Source: Camelus dromedarius (Eukaryota). Taken from it: a stretch of DNA of 64,000 bases. A program made the translations under genes and the position numbers. Of the stretch, positions 38,780 through 52,629 are shown piece after piece; position 1 is the first letter of the stretch; each line of letters begins with the position of its first letter. The notes beneath the pieces were generated by a model, which had not been told where the DNA came from, searched no databases, and saw only the letters and a program-made list of their open reading frames with translations. The stretch spans positions 6,760,001 to 6,824,000 of the forward strand of contig NC_087438.1 of NCBI RefSeq assembly GCF_036321535.1. Direction: 5' to 3'.

Positions 38780-41489
38780 TTGGGCCCAGTGAGATGCAGA
38801 GATCTAGGTAAGTGAGTTTACTCTACGGGGACCAAACTTACTGTAGACAGGCTTTTCCAAGGTCCAGTCAGGGTTTGAGGGAAGATGTTATCAAGTCCTT
38901 TGGGCCCTCATACCTAAGGCACATTCTCTAAGGTCAGCTCTGTTAGAAATAAATGTAACGTTTTGTACTCCATCAGAACTTGGGTCCAGAAGATGGACAT
39001 TGGTTTTAAGCCTTCCTCAAACCCTCCACAAAGAATTCTGAGCCTGTTACTACAAACTAGCACCATTTCCCATGTTAACAATTCAAGTGTGGTCACCCCA
39101 ACTTAAGGAATGCTGGGGCTACCCTGGGGCAGTGGGGTGAAGGAGGAAGCTGAGCTATGCTCATCCTTGGGGCCAGGGGAATTGGCCTGGCCATCAAGAC
39201 CAGCAACCCCAACCCCAGTGCCCAGGCCAGGCTCCACTGGGGCCAAGACACAGACAACAAGGAACCATCCAGTGGCTACATGGGGAGAAAAGCAAATCCT
39301 GGAGTGTTGGGGTCCCATCTGCTCTGTTATAGTCTGAGCAAAGCCCAAAGCACTGGTGGGGACCTGGCCAGTGACCGTTAGAAGGAATGGCCATGCTCCC
39401 GGCAAGCAGGCATGGGTTTAGGGAAAATGACCTCTCTCATCAAGGGGGAAACACTACTGGAAACCAAAACAGAAGTCAAGTTGTGCAGACCCAGATGTTT
39501 TTGAGTAGATGAGAAGGGAAGGCAGAAAAATAGAGCTCAGAAGCTATTTGGGTGCTCAGGTCTTACCACATTCTGCCCAGCCACGAGGGGAACACATGAA
39601 GGCTGGTTGCACACCTGGATTCTGGTGGGGAGGGGGCTTTAGGCTTGGCAAGGCCTGGCTTATGAATAAAGTAGTGAAATTTTGAGCCTCCACCGACAAG
39701 ACTGGGGAAAGCAGGTCCTGACATTAAAGGAGACACTTTGAGATACTAAATGTTGCTATTTTTTCTTATGCAGGTTTTTTTTCCCTTCACTTTAATTTCC
39801 CTCTTTCCCAGAAAATTCCCATCCAAGCAGATATTTATGAATTACTCTGCTTATTGCTGTGGGATGTGATGGAGTAAAGGACAGAAAGATCTCAAGACCT
39901 TTGTAGCTGCTCCAAAGCCAAGAGAGAGTTGCAGGCAGAGACAAAATATCCAAAACCATGAGAGGAGAAGGATTTCCTTAAGACTAGGGAAAGATTCCCT
40001 CTGGCTGGTGGGAGAGCTGGGGAGAGGAGTGAGGAAGCAGAATTTTGAGGAGAACAGAGAGATCTCCTAAGTGCCCCCCAGATGCCGGGTCAAGCTGCCA
40101 GACCCCCAAGAGGGAACCGTGGTGGAGCAGGTCTGGTCCTCATCCTTCAGGACCCTAGACAGCGTCACAAATGTTCCCACAGCCCAGGCAAGCTTAGAGG
40201 ACCAGAGAGCCTGCCTACATGACGTAACCACTTACAAAGGCTAAGCGAAGCTCCAACAGCCCCCATGGAGCTCTCAGCCCAGCTCTCCCCGAGCTTTGGC
40301 ACTGTGTAACGTTCTGGAACCAGGGCACTGATTGTAGATGGAAGTGAAGCAAAGTAACTCAGATTAGCTATTGTACCAGAGCTGTGAAGACCCCACTGAG
40401 ACCCCTTTGGCACTTGCTGGTCCAAACCACACTGTTTGTTCCCAGCCTCTCACTGCACTGCACTGCACTGCACCGTATGTGACTCTGCCTGGGGCTGCTT
40501 CCCACCCAGGGCTGCTGGCTGAGCTCAGTCATGCAACCTCCGTCTGAAACTCCCATCTTTAGTGTCCCTTGAAAGTGAGGGAACAGAAATGACTCGATGG
40601 TAAAGATGCTGTCTTTATACTCTAGCTCCTACAGGGATATGTCATCGTTTGAAAGTAGCCTTGAAAATGGAAATAAACTTCAAAGTCCAAAGGGGAGAAA
40701 AGAAGCTCCCATGGAATATTCTTCAAATGAAATTAACTGACCAACAGGCGCTTTGAGGCTTTCAGGCTACTCAGCTTAAATGAGAGTGAGCGTGTAATAT
40801 GGATGGCTTGGCTACAGACTGTCACTTTCTTTTGGTTCTCAAATAAGAATCCTTGAAATGCTGTGCCACATGGCAGATTCAATTTTGTTCACTTCATTTT
40901 CACCTCTCCAACGTGGTTTTCTTCTGCCAAAATGGAGTTACCATTTTCTTCAAAGGCAACTTACCTTTGAAAGAAATACACTTAGAGAGGAAGAAACAGA
41001 AAATAGACATCCTCATAGAACAACACGTTTTCATGCACAGCGATGTCTCTTTCTTTGCATAGTCTAACTTCCACACATGTTGGTTAAAAACTTCACTGGG
41101 ATCTGCCACGTACCATCTACATTGAAGCTTTGTCACAAAATAAAGACAAGTGGTTTTTTTTTTTTTTTCCTAGCCCAGTGAATGCTACCTTGGTTTAGGC
41201 CCTCAGCATCCTTCCTTCATCCATTCGTTCACTTCCTCAGCACACATTAACCAATTAAAGGCCTAGCACGTGTGAAGTATCAAGCCAGACACAGGAATAG
41301 GAAGATAGACTAAGCATGGTCTTCTCCTTTAACCATCACCTGCTGGCTATTTTCACGTGGATGTCCCCTAAGCAGGGCAATTTCAGCAGAACCATATGGA
41401 CAAGAAAAACTTTGCATAGTTTTTATTTCATCTAGCCTTAAATCAGTCACCCCTAGAGCTTGAAATGTCTTTCTGCCTTTCTCTCTCCC

Positions 41490-41910
41490 CCTAAATATCA
41501 AGAATGCTTTGAGCAGCAAGTAACAGAATGCCCAACTAATGGTGCCTTAAATTCTTAAGATATTTATTGTTGATGTAACAAGAAGTTCTAGGACTGACTG
41601 GCGACTCAGCAATATCACCAGACTCATCTCTGAGTCTGAATGAGGCTCTGTCCAGCCTTCCACTCCACCACATTAAGTGTAATGATTTGTCACCTCATTG
41701 TCACAAAATGACTGCAACAGCACCATGCATCATGCTCCCACACAGTTATATTCAAAGGCAGGAATTTCAGGGAGAAGCCAGGGAAATGGAGTTACCTTTA
41801 TTCTTCAGTTCTTTCTTTTATCAGAATAGAAAATTTTACCCAGATTCCCCTACTATACTATCAGACTTCCTTACTGATTAGAAATGAGTCATTGACTCAG
41901 CCAAAAGGTT
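41490..41910 (-). mobile_element. Old MaLR LTR (MLT1L/N-like)
   Basis: gcaagtaacagaa...atttattg...aaaatgactgcaacagcacc. Confidence 0.65.
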
Positions 41911-42066
41911 TTCAATGATTTTATTTTTAAAGTATTTATCAATTCAGTTTCTCTTCCTTCTTCTAATTGCAATAGTCCCCCATCAGCATTCTATTGAACC
42001 AATATTCTCCTAGAAAGTCCCTACTTCAAATCTACCCTCTACATAAATCCTAGCCCAGTATTTAGT

Positions 42067-42548
42067 ATAGTAGCCATACTTAAAGGTGGCCACCAATGAT
42101 CCTTGCTTCCTGAAATACACACTATGTGTAATCCAGCCAATGTTTTCCAAGGGTGGTCTGGGTGGCCAATAGAAGATGACAGAAGTGATAGGATGTCACT
42201 TCTGAGGTTAGGTTATAAAAAGCACTGTGGCATCCATCCCATTTTCTGTTACCCCTCACTCTGGGGAAGCCAGTGCCATGTCCTCATGATGCTAGCAGCT
42301 CTGTGGAGAGGTCCACACAGTGAAAACTGAAGCCTCCTGCCAACAGCCACGTGCGTGGTCTTGAAAGTGGATCCCCCAGCCCCAGGCAAGCCCTTAGCTG
42401 ACATATTTTCAAACAACTCATGAAAAGCTCTGAGCTAGAACCACCCACCTAAGCTGCTCCCCATTCCTGATCCATAGAGCCTGTGAGATAATAAATGTTT
42501 GCTGTTCTGAGCCACTAAGTTTGGAGATTCTTTGTTATGAAGTCATAT
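42067..42548 (+). mobile_element. MaLR solo LTR (MLT1F-like)
   Basis: ggccaatagaa...cagaagtga...ctggggaagccag...gagataataaatgtttgctgtt. Confidence 0.88.
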
Positions 42549-42619
42549 ATTCAGTTAACGTGAAATTGTCCTGTTTAAAAGTAAGTAGTCCCCACGACTT
42601 AAAGCAGAGGACCTGGTGT

Positions 42620-42900
42620 TGCCAGCAGAAGGGTTTTGGTTTAAATATTTTGAACTGACACAGAGTTAAATATTTTGAACTGACATTTCAAACTGAGAGA
42701 TGTCACATAAACATCAGAACATCTGGCCACACTGGCTGCACATGTCCACAGAACACCATGGACTGAGCCAGTAGATCAGCTGCTTCCTTTAAAAAGTGGG
42801 TGCTCTCCAATTCATTGAGTGTCCTCCACTATTATTCCTTCAACACTGACAAGGACACGCGATAGTTGTCATTTTTTATCCCTGTCGGTACCATTATTTG
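42620..42900. mobile_element. MER102-like hAT-Charlie fragment
   Basis: gagatgtcacataaa...atctggccacactgg...gtgctctccaattc. Confidence 0.55.
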
Positions 42901-43001
42901 GGGTATAACAGAGACATACTTGTGTACCTACATCCCTAACAAAAATTGGGTAAGAAAAAAAATAGACCAAAAAGGCTCTGTTAAAAAAAAAAATTGGACG
43001 T

Positions 43002-43172
43002 CAGGTTTCTACTGTATAGCAAAGGGAAATATAGTCAATATCTTGTAGTAACCTATAATGAAAAAGATATGAAAAGGAATATATGCATGTATATGGATGG
43101 CTGAACTATTATGGATGACTGTACACCAGACACTGACACAACATTGTAAACTGACTCACTTCAATAAAAATA
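43002..43172 (+). mobile_element. Artiodactyl/camelid L1 3' end
   Basis: ctactgtatagcaaagggaaatatagtcaatatcttgtag...cacaacattgtaaactgactcacttcaataaaa. Confidence 0.9.
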
Positions 43173-43544
43173 ATACTTCTTAAAAAATAAATATCTATTA
43201 CTTGGAAATCTGAAATCAGAAGGTAAAAAAGTATGAATCTAGAATATTGGATTGATATTAAAATTGTCTTATTATGCAACATTAAAAAAAGAAATTGGGG
43301 GAACATCTTTCTTCATAGAAAAAGAATGTTCTCATGTGTATTTCTGTATGTAAACAAAGTGTAAGAAATATAAACAGATCTCAGTTCACCCACTTATCTC
43401 ATCTGCCTGGTCCTCTTAGGCATCTGGGTTTATGACCCCAGATCTACAGGGCAATAAGTGGTTCATTAGCACAGTCCACTTCTCTGGACTCCAGCCTGAG
43501 ACCACTGGGTTATCGTGTTCACCACTCCTTGACTCATCCCCCAC

Positions 43545-44074
43545 TGCGAGGGTTTTATGGGTCAACTTGGCTAGGCTGTGGGACCCAGCTGTTTGGTCAA
43601 ACACAGTAGTCTAAATGTTGCTGTGTGAAGCTATTTTTTTAGATGTTACTAAACATTTAGATTGGCGGGATTTGAGTAACACAGATTGCTCTGCATAATG
43701 GTGTGGGTTTCATCCAATCAGTTGAAGGTCTTAAGAGCAAAGATTGAGGTTTCCTGACTAAGAAGGAATTTGGCCTCAGGACAGCAATGTGGAAACCCTG
43801 CCTGAGTGTCCAACCTACCTGACCTTCTGTGTGGAATTCAGACTCAAGGCTGTGACATCAACTCTTTCCCGAATTTCCTAACTGTTAGCTTATCCAAAAA
43901 TTTTGGTCTTGCCAACCCCCACATTGTGTGAGTCAATTCTTTTTTTCTCTCTCTTCATATATATGTGTGTGTGTGCGTGTATGTGTGTGTGCGTGTGCGT
44001 GTATGTGTGCGTGCATGTATATGTATGTATATGTATATATAGTCCTTTTTCTCTGGAGAACATTGACTAATATA
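43545..44074 (+). mobile_element. ERVL solo LTR (MLT2B-like) with internal (TG/TA)n
   Basis: ttttatgggtcaacttggctagg...catccaatcagttgaagg...ctctggagaacattgactaata. Confidence 0.92.
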
Positions 44075-44079
44075 CACAC

Positions 44080-44494
44080 TAGTATTGACTGAATTGTGCC
44101 CCCCCAAAATCCATATAGTTGAAACACCAACCCCCTAGTGTGATGTATTTGGAGATGGAGCTTTTGTGAGGTAATTAGGATTACGTGATGGGGTGAGTGT
44201 CCTTATAAGAAGAGGAAGAGAGAGTGCCCTCTCCCTTTCTCTCTCTCTGTCTCTCTCTTTCTCTGTGTGTCTCTCTCTCTCTCCATCCACAGGAACACAG
44301 AGGGGAGGCCCTGTGACCATGCAGTAAGAAGGCAAACCATCTGCAACCCAAGCTGAGAGCCCTCACCAGACACAGCCTGATGGCACCTTGGTCATGAACA
44401 CCCAACCTCCAGAACTGTGAGAAAACAAATCTCTGCTGTTTAAGCCCCCCTGGTCTGTGGCGTTTTGTTATGGTAGCCTCAGCAGAGTCAGACA
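44080..44494 (+). mobile_element. MaLR solo LTR (MLT1A-like) with internal (CT)n
   Basis: gactgaattgtgcccccccaaaat...tccagaactgtgagaaaacaaat...tttgttatggtagcc. Confidence 0.92.
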
Positions 44495-45939
44495 CCCACC
44501 TTCCCACACTCCTCATCCTTCCTGTTTCTCTTCCACATCCTTGGTCAGGCCAGGATATCTTTCCCCACCTCACCATCACCATCTCCTCTTCTAAGGCTCA
44601 GCTCAGCCATCACCTTGCCCAGGAAGCTTTCCATGACCATGCAGACTCGGACATGTGGTCCTCCCCGATCATGCTTGCTTTGCAGTTCCCTCTCCATCCA
44701 CATAGTAAGTGGGAATATACAGACCTCTTTTATGTGTCCCACCACAGCAGGAACTGTCTCTTATTCTGCCCAAAGAACGAAGAAATACATGGATGAATCT
44801 TGATGTATTATTACTGAGGAGGACAAACAGACGGAGAATAATTTTAGACAAAGATAGTTTCATGGAGTTAACATGCAAATCACTACAGAATAGAATGAAT
44901 GCTTTGTACTTTGGGGGAAACAGAAGGATTTTCTGGGCTTTGGGCAGAGCTTTTTTCCCTAAATCATTTCATGCACAGCTTTTGCAAACGCGTCTTCTGC
45001 TGGTCATAATTATGCGTCTCCCACCCCCTACTGTTTTGAATTACTCTGTGCTAACACCAAAATTGTTCCACAGAGAGTCAGATTTATTTGCTGAAACATG
45101 ATGAGGAGAAGTGGGGAAAGAGACATACTTCACATGCGGCGCCCGTTGCTAGCACAGCTGTATTTCTGAGAAATAAATTTCAGTGCTTTTGCCCCATTTC
45201 TTTTGTAATTTAATAACTGAAGTACAAAGCTCATGAAAGCTGGGAATGTGTTGGAAGGTCAGTGAGGAAAAATGTGCGTTGTACAGTTAGGAGAAACGAG
45301 GGAGTTAAAACAACAGGGGAAATTGATCTTTCTGACCAATGGTTTATGGCTAAATGTCTGTTTCAGCTAAAGACCAAATGTTGCCTTTTAGCCACAAAAG
45401 GGCGGAACAATTAACAAATTCAGAGTCAGAATTCCTTTTGTTCCTCTACTGTAAGTATAATCATTTGTCTAAAAATTATTTTGTTTAAGGCCGATAGAGG
45501 ACTGTCTTCATGTCAACACGTAAAAGCAACGGTTGGGCTGGTTCTACCCTTTGAACGACAGACCTACACGTTGAAACACGTCTTCTCACCAAGCACAGAG
45601 CCTTGCACGCAACACATGCCTCGTGCACAAGTGGTTTCATATCAACATTCACTGAGAAACCAGAAATTTGAACAGGTCCCTAAGGATGGGTTGACTGATT
45701 TTCCTCCCTGAGGGGCAGTGGTTTGCAGTCTTTGCTTGGTACTGCATCTGTAAATGGGATGTAGACAATATCTTCATGGTTTCCGGCGAATCTGGTGTTA
45801 TCCACACCAGTTTTCATGATAACCAACTCCATGTCCCAACTGAACTTTTTAATCGGCACTTTCAGGAGGATGAAGTCTGTTTTTGCTTAGCAGATGCATT
45901 TGATGCTATTGGACCGTCTGATGCTGTGATGAAGTACAG

Positions 45940-46140
45940 AGCTCCAGCCGTAGCCAGGCTTGGCCTCCCCAGATGTGTGATCTTGGATAAGATGTTTTGC
46001 CTTTCTGAACCCCAATACCCTACTCTGTAAAAGGAGGTAAATAAAAAACACCTTACAGGAACAATATGAAAATTAGTTCAAGCATTTGGAAGAGGGATTA
46101 GCACACAAGAGATGATCAAAAAGTGTAGAAAGTGTTTGTA
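45940..46140 (+). mobile_element. MIR SINE
   Basis: tgtgatcttggataag...tctgaacccc...ctgtaaaa. Confidence 0.7.
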
Positions 46141-48599
46141 ACAGAACATGGCTGACACCATTCCCTTTGGTTCAGAATTCTGGCTGGAGCTTCAAACAAA
46201 TAGGGGGAAAGCCCCTTGTGTTCCGAACTAAAAAGCTTAACGTATTCCTTCTGGACCTATTAAAAGACTGAAGAGCCCGTCTACTGACCAAATTGTGTGT
46301 CTAGCGTGAAATATGCAATATGCATACAGTATGCAACTTACACATTTATATTACACGTTTACATGTCATATATATGTTACACATAGAAAATCTCTGTATA
46401 TGTAATACATACATGTGAATAAGTGAGTTCATTGAAGGGAATGAGTCAAAACAAGATTGAACAACCAGGGAGGAGACTGCTGTGAATTGTCTCTCCAGGA
46501 GAGCAGGGAGTGAGGTACTTGCCCACCCTCTCAAGCTAAGGAAAAAGCTCTAGGAAGAGATCTCAGAACATACTACGCACACTTTAAGAGGGAGGGACTG
46601 GCATCTTCCTCCCCATTGCAGCTAAGGCCTCGCATGCTAAGTGAAGCATGAAGGGGAGCTCCTGGGAGGGATAGATGTGGGTTTCTTAGAATTGAGGGGT
46701 GTATGTAAGAAGCGACCGTTGCCTGCTTCTCACCTGGAGGATTTGGAAGATGAGGGGCTGATTGGAGCAGTGCGATGTAAGAGCTAGGGAGAAAGAACCC
46801 ATTTCTTGTGTGTCCACCATCTTGAATGGCAAGGATGCTAGAGATAGGGGCCAAGCCAAGCAGTGCAGAAGCACCCACCCAGCAGAGCAGCCTACTAAAG
46901 TGAGGGGTCCCATCACCAGGAGGCTTCAGGCATGCCATCAGAACAAAAGCGGAAAGAGGATTTTAAGAGGTCCTCTGCAGAGTTCACTGATATATTTGCT
47001 GAGACCTCTGCAGGGTTGCCAGACTACCACAGAGGCACCTCCCAAGGGAGTATCAGCTTTGGGGAACCAATTGCATAGAGGGGCAGATGGGTTACAACAG
47101 CATCAAACAGTGAAGATTTTTTTCCCCTTTCTTCTATTCAGTTTGGTCCCGCCCCGGTCCTGGAGAGCTGGGGAGAAGGACTGAGGCAAGAGGAGAAGGC
47201 ATGGAGTACACTATGTATACCTTCCCCACATAGGACCCTGAGCTGGGGTTGGGGAGTAGTTTTTCACTGAATGTAAGATTGAAGGCTTTAAATCTAACTA
47301 GATCTGTAACACCTGTCAGTGAATCTTCTCTATCAAAATGAGCCAAAGCATCAAGAAAGCCATATAGATCTGCCTGAGATATCTTCAATTAGCATGGAAG
47401 GAAGCTCCAACAGAGCAAGACTGAAAATATGAGTGGGAGAAAAATGAAGTCATTTCCTGTCTGTATACTCTACAGTTTGGAAGTCACAATAAACCAGCTG
47501 CATACTATCATGTTATTATGGTAGCCCCCAAATAAGGAGAAGCACACCCAATTTCACAGGTCAGAGACTTTTTTTGTTGCCAAAAATCAGGACATGGTGG
47601 GGAGGGAGGGTGGTTATGGTACCATTAATTTGTGAGTCATATTCATTTAAACACAACCTAACTTAGATTGCCTATGTCATTACAGTGGGACCAAGCCCCT
47701 GGGGCCTCAATCAGATTAAGTCAAACCCAGATTTCCACCAAGTCTATGTTTTATAGTTTCTACCTACACTTACTCCTAAAACTCCTTCCCACAATCACCC
47801 AAATGTGGACTGAATTTTTCCCTAATTTCTACCCTCAAACTTTCCCTGAACAAGCCCCTTTTGTGTAGGGGCACAATATTTCTTTATCAGTTGAAATTAT
47901 ACCTTCTCTTTACTCCATAATCTATAAACATACTCAGGTCCCTCTTTAGTGGGAGAGAAGGCAACTTTTGATTTGAAATTTACCTCTAGATTTGCTTAGA
48001 TATCAAACTTGCTAAAATACAGTCTTCAGCGTTGGGAGAACAATGAAGGAATGGTTCTGAACTTTGGCCTCCCTCCCAAAAGAACCATGAAATCAATAAG
48101 GAAAACAAATGAAACTAAATAGGACTCATGCCTTCAGTACTGCCAGAAGACAGAGAAAGCTTCAACCTTTAGATTACCGGAGAGCAGAGGGAAAAAGCAA
48201 CAAATTCCAGTGGTGCTCCTCTGCCCACTCTCTGCTTCTGAGAGTCTGTGGATGCAGAGAGCAGAGAAGGGAGACTGGAATGAGCTACAAAAAAGAGCAG
48301 AGAGAATAGAGGGCTTAGGAGAAGTACAGACAAAATTGCTCTCAGAAAGAGGAAGTGAAATAATAAATGCAAAATTACTCAACACCAGTCAGGAATTAGA
48401 GACTCATAGTACTGCTATGGAAAAGGAGCTTGGAAGTGGGTGGGACCAGGAGGGACAGCCTCAAGCATTACTTGTTGGGGAGAAACTGGTACGCAGAAAA
48501 GACATGGTACCCTTTGGAGATGAAGCAGTAAAGGGGTAGATAGAAATAACAAGGGAAAATAAGAATAATTGAATAAAAAGAACAACACCCCTTGTTCTT

Positions 48600-51150
48600 A
48601 GTTCAGATGTCTCTATGTTATCCAGGTGTCAGTTCTCCCTAAGTTGATTTATAAATGTAATGCAATCCTAATAAAAATTCTAAGAAGCTTCTTAATGGAG
48701 TTAGACAAGTTAGAAAAATAAACACATAAGAATAGCTAGGAAAACACTGACAAGGAAGAGCTCAGTGGGTGGGGGGAATTGAGGGGAAAGAACAGACCTA
48801 CCAGATATTAAAACATAATACAAATCCTACACTGTTAAAACAGCGTGGTGCTGGCACATGACTGGACAGAACAGTGGGTCAGAATACAAAATAAAGGAAA
48901 ATTGCAAAAAGGTACCTCAAACCACTGGGACAACAAGAATCTCTTTAATAAAGGATGTTGGGACAATTGGTCAGTCATTTGGAAAAAAAATAAAATTAGA
49001 TCCAGCCCTCAAACCATCCACAAAAATAAGTTCCAAATAGATAAGGGATCTAAATGTAAAACATATAGTTATATAGATATACATACTAGAGAAAAACAGG
49101 TAAATTCTCCTATAAGTTGAGTATAACAAAAAGCTTGCTAATTATGACTTGAAATTAAATGCCATAAAACTGATAAGTTTAACTGTAAAATAAGATTAAA
49201 ATTTTGGATGGCATAAATACAACTTAAGCAAAAAAAAATGAAACAAATGAGAAGAAAAGACTTACAACACATGTTACAGAAAAAGGATTCATAATACTAA
49301 TTTATTTTAAAAATTGTGAAGTTGTAAAGCCATCTATGTATCTAATTAAAACCCTGATGGAAAATTTTACAGAAATAGAAAAATAAATCTTAAAATTCAT
49401 ATGGAATTACAAAAGACCTCAAATAGCCAAAGCAATTTTGAGCAAGAAGAACAAAACTAGAGGCATCACACTTCCTGACTTCAAAATACATTACAAAGCT
49501 ACATAATCAAAGCAGTACAATACTGGCATAGAAACAGACATACACACCAATGGGATAGAATAGGGAACCCAGAAATAAAACCACACATACGTGGTCAACT
49601 GATCTCTGACAAGGATGCTAAGAATATACAATGGGGAAAGGATTGCCTCTTCAATAAATGGTGTGGAAAAACTGGATATCCACATGCAAAAGAATATAGT
49701 TAAACCCTTATCTTCTACCATCCACAAAATCAACTCAAAATAGATTAGCTTTAAACATAAGACCTGAAACCACAAAACTCCTAGAAGAAAATATAGTTTC
49801 TTGACATTGTTTTTTACAATATTTTTTGAATATGACACCAAAGCATGCCAACAAAGGCAAAAATAAAGTAGGATTATATCAAACTAAAAAGTTTCTGCAA
49901 AACAAAGGAAATAATCAACAAATGAAAAGGCAAACTATGGAATGGTAGAAAATATTTGTAAATCATATATCTGGTAAAGATTTAATATCCAAAATATGTA
50001 AGGAACTCCTACAACTCAGTAGCACCAAACAAAACACAAACACAAACAAAACCCCAAAATAATTCTAAAAAAAAAAAAAAGGCAAAGAAACTAAAGAGAC
50101 ATTTCTCCAAAGAAGACAAACAAATTGCCAATAAGTATATGAAAAAGTGTTCAACAACACTAGCCGTCAAAGAAATGCAAATCAATACCACAGTAAGATA
50201 TTATCTCACATCTATTACAATGGCTCTTATCAAAAAGACAAGAGAAAAAAAAGTATTGACTAGGATGTGGAGAAAAGGGAAACCTCGTAAACTGTTGGTG
50301 TAAATATAAATTTGAGCAGTCACTGTGGAAAACAATTTGGAGGTTCCTTAAAATATTAAAACGAGAACTAAAATATGATGCAGCAATCCTACTCCTTGGT
50401 ATATATTCAAAGGAATTGAAATCAGGATCTCAAAGAGATATCTGCACCCCCATATTCAGTGCAGCATTATCCACTATAGTCAACACATTGAAGCAATCTA
50501 ACTGTCCATTGATAGATAAACAGATAAAGAAAGTGTATTATATACATACCATGGAATATTATTCAGCCTTATAAAAGAAAGAAATTCTGTCATTTGTGAC
50601 AACATGGATAAATATAAAGGACATTATGCTAAGTGAAATAATCCCAATACAGAAGAACAGCAGATTTATTTATCATAGTGTTATGAACAAAGCAATTTGG
50701 ACACTATTTTAGATATATTACACTGTTGAGCAACTTAGTAAATATGCTAATGGTTTTGGAGGCCAGTGTTCTCACTATGGAAGAAGAGACATGAATATAT
50801 GGGAAATGGAGAAGGCAAGAAAGAACCTTATGGAGATGGACTGGAATTGCAAGTATTGTTGTGAACCATGAACTCATGTTTTCAAAATGCGTTTGTGTAC
50901 ATGTGCACGCGTGCTTATGTGCACATGAGTTTATGTTTGTGTTTATGTATGTGTATATGTGCATATATATTTATATGTATATGTTAACACATGCATTTCT
51001 TGGTTCTGGTCCCTGAAAGATACTTTAATATTGGTAAGAACACCCAAGTATCAAAGAACACACCTAACGCCCAGATCTTGGTCCCTAATACAATTTCCCA
51101 CTAAAAACAAACAGGTCACCTGGGAGAAATACAGCATAGTGTTTCAGTCT
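48600..51150 (+). mobile_element. L1MC/MD-type element interrupted by an L1MA
   Basis: ORF2 text at 48600-49330; MC/MD-type 3'UTR at ~50665-51150. Confidence 0.75.
49330..50660 (+). mobile_element. L1MA-type 3' ORF2/3'UTR
   Basis: atcttaaaattcatatggaa...gaggcatcacacttcctgacttcaaa...ggacattatgctaagtgaaata. Confidence 0.93.
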
Positions 51151-51154
51151 TACA

Positions 51155-51790
51155 TTTAAAAACACATATTCCTTTTCATATTCTTTTTCATTATAGGTTA
51201 CAAAAGAAATTGAATATAGTTTCCTGTGCTATACAGTAGGACCTTATTATTTGTCTATTTTATATATAGCAGTGTGTATATGTTAATCCTAACATCCCAG
51301 CATCCTCTCCCAACCCCTACTTTCCCCTTTGGTAACCATAGTTTGTTTTCTATGTCTGAGTCTGTTTCTGTTTTGTAAATAAGTTCAATTATGTCTTTTT
51401 TTTTTTAAGAGTCAACATGAGTGATATCATATGGTATTTTTCTTTCTCTTTCTAGTTTACTTCACTTAGAATGACAATCTCCAGGTCCATCCATGTTGCT
51501 GCAAATGGCATTATTACATTATTTTTTCTGACTGAGTAGTATTCCATTGTAGAAATACACCACAACTTGTTTATCCAGTCATCTGTCGATAGACATTTAG
51601 GTTGTCTCTATGTCTTGGCTATTGTAAATATTGCTGCTATGAACATTGGGGTGAATGTATTTTTCTGAATTACAGTTTTCACCTTTGTAGGATTGGTGGA
51701 TCATATGGTAACTCAATTTTTAGTTTTTTAAGGAATATCCATACTGTCCTCCCTAGTGGCTGCACCAATTTACATTCCCACCAAAAATGT
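51155..51790 (-). mobile_element. Artiodactyl/camelid L1 3' part
   Basis: tcattataggttac...tgtgctatacagtagg...ccatccatgttgctgcaaatggc...ggctgcaccaatttacattcccacc. Confidence 0.93.
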
Positions 51791-51997
51791 AGCTGAGAAT
51801 TGGGAGTGTGTGAGGTTTTCCCAATCAGTGTGTAATCTGCTTACATAGACAGATAATAAAGCCAGTCTGGGCAAAAGTTCTCTGATAGTCTAGGAGCAAA
51901 ATTTATGCCAGCAAAGAGCAAAGGAGCTTTCCAAAACATGGAAAGCATAGGGGTTCTTGTGAGAAGAGTATGTTTGATACAAATGTTACATACATTT

Positions 51998-52209
51998 TTT
52001 TCATTGATTCATCATTTTATTTATTGTTATATTTTTTATTGACGTATAGTTGATTGACAACATTGTGTTAGTTTCTGGTGTACAACACAGCGATTCAGTG
52101 TATAGAACAGACAACAAAGCTGATAGATAATAGATAGGTAATAACAACAGATATGACAAGGAGGTCATGATGTACAGCACAGGGAACTATACTCAGTACC
52201 TTATAATAA
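51998..52209 (-). mobile_element. Short 5'-inverted L1 insertion with TSD
   Basis: Antisense L1 3' tail (~52030-52104) next to a sense upstream 3'UTR piece (~52130-52209); TSD gttacatacattt / gctacacacattt. Confidence 0.8.
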
Positions 52210-52629
52210 GCTACACACATTTAAACGCATTTTTAAATAGTCCAGAAGAAATGTATATATGACAATGCATTGGAAAACCAGAAACACGGAGGAGCTGTTG
52301 GCATCGTGGTTAGAGCTGCAGTCAGGCTGGGTTATAACCCTGGTGCTGCTAACCAGCCCCGTCATCCAACTCCCCCGAGATCGCACTCTTCATCCATAAA
52401 CTACAGCCGACCCTCAGCTCGCAGGGTTATGTAACAGTGAAACCAAAGACAGTATTGAAAGCACTTAGTGTCCCGACTAACCCACATTAGGCAGTGAATA
52501 GACGTCAAACAAAAAGTATCATCATCATCATATTCTGGTTGTTGCTGGATATTTTTTTCCTCTTTCTTGCTCATCTCCTGAAGATGTATTACTCAATTTT
52601 GGCAGCTTTAGTTTTGAGTATTTTTATCC

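Noticed and set aside
38830..40150. Possible further old DNA-transposon or LTR remnants
   Set aside because: A Blackjack-like ggtcaccc end and LTR-like composition are visible, but I cannot assign a family or boundaries
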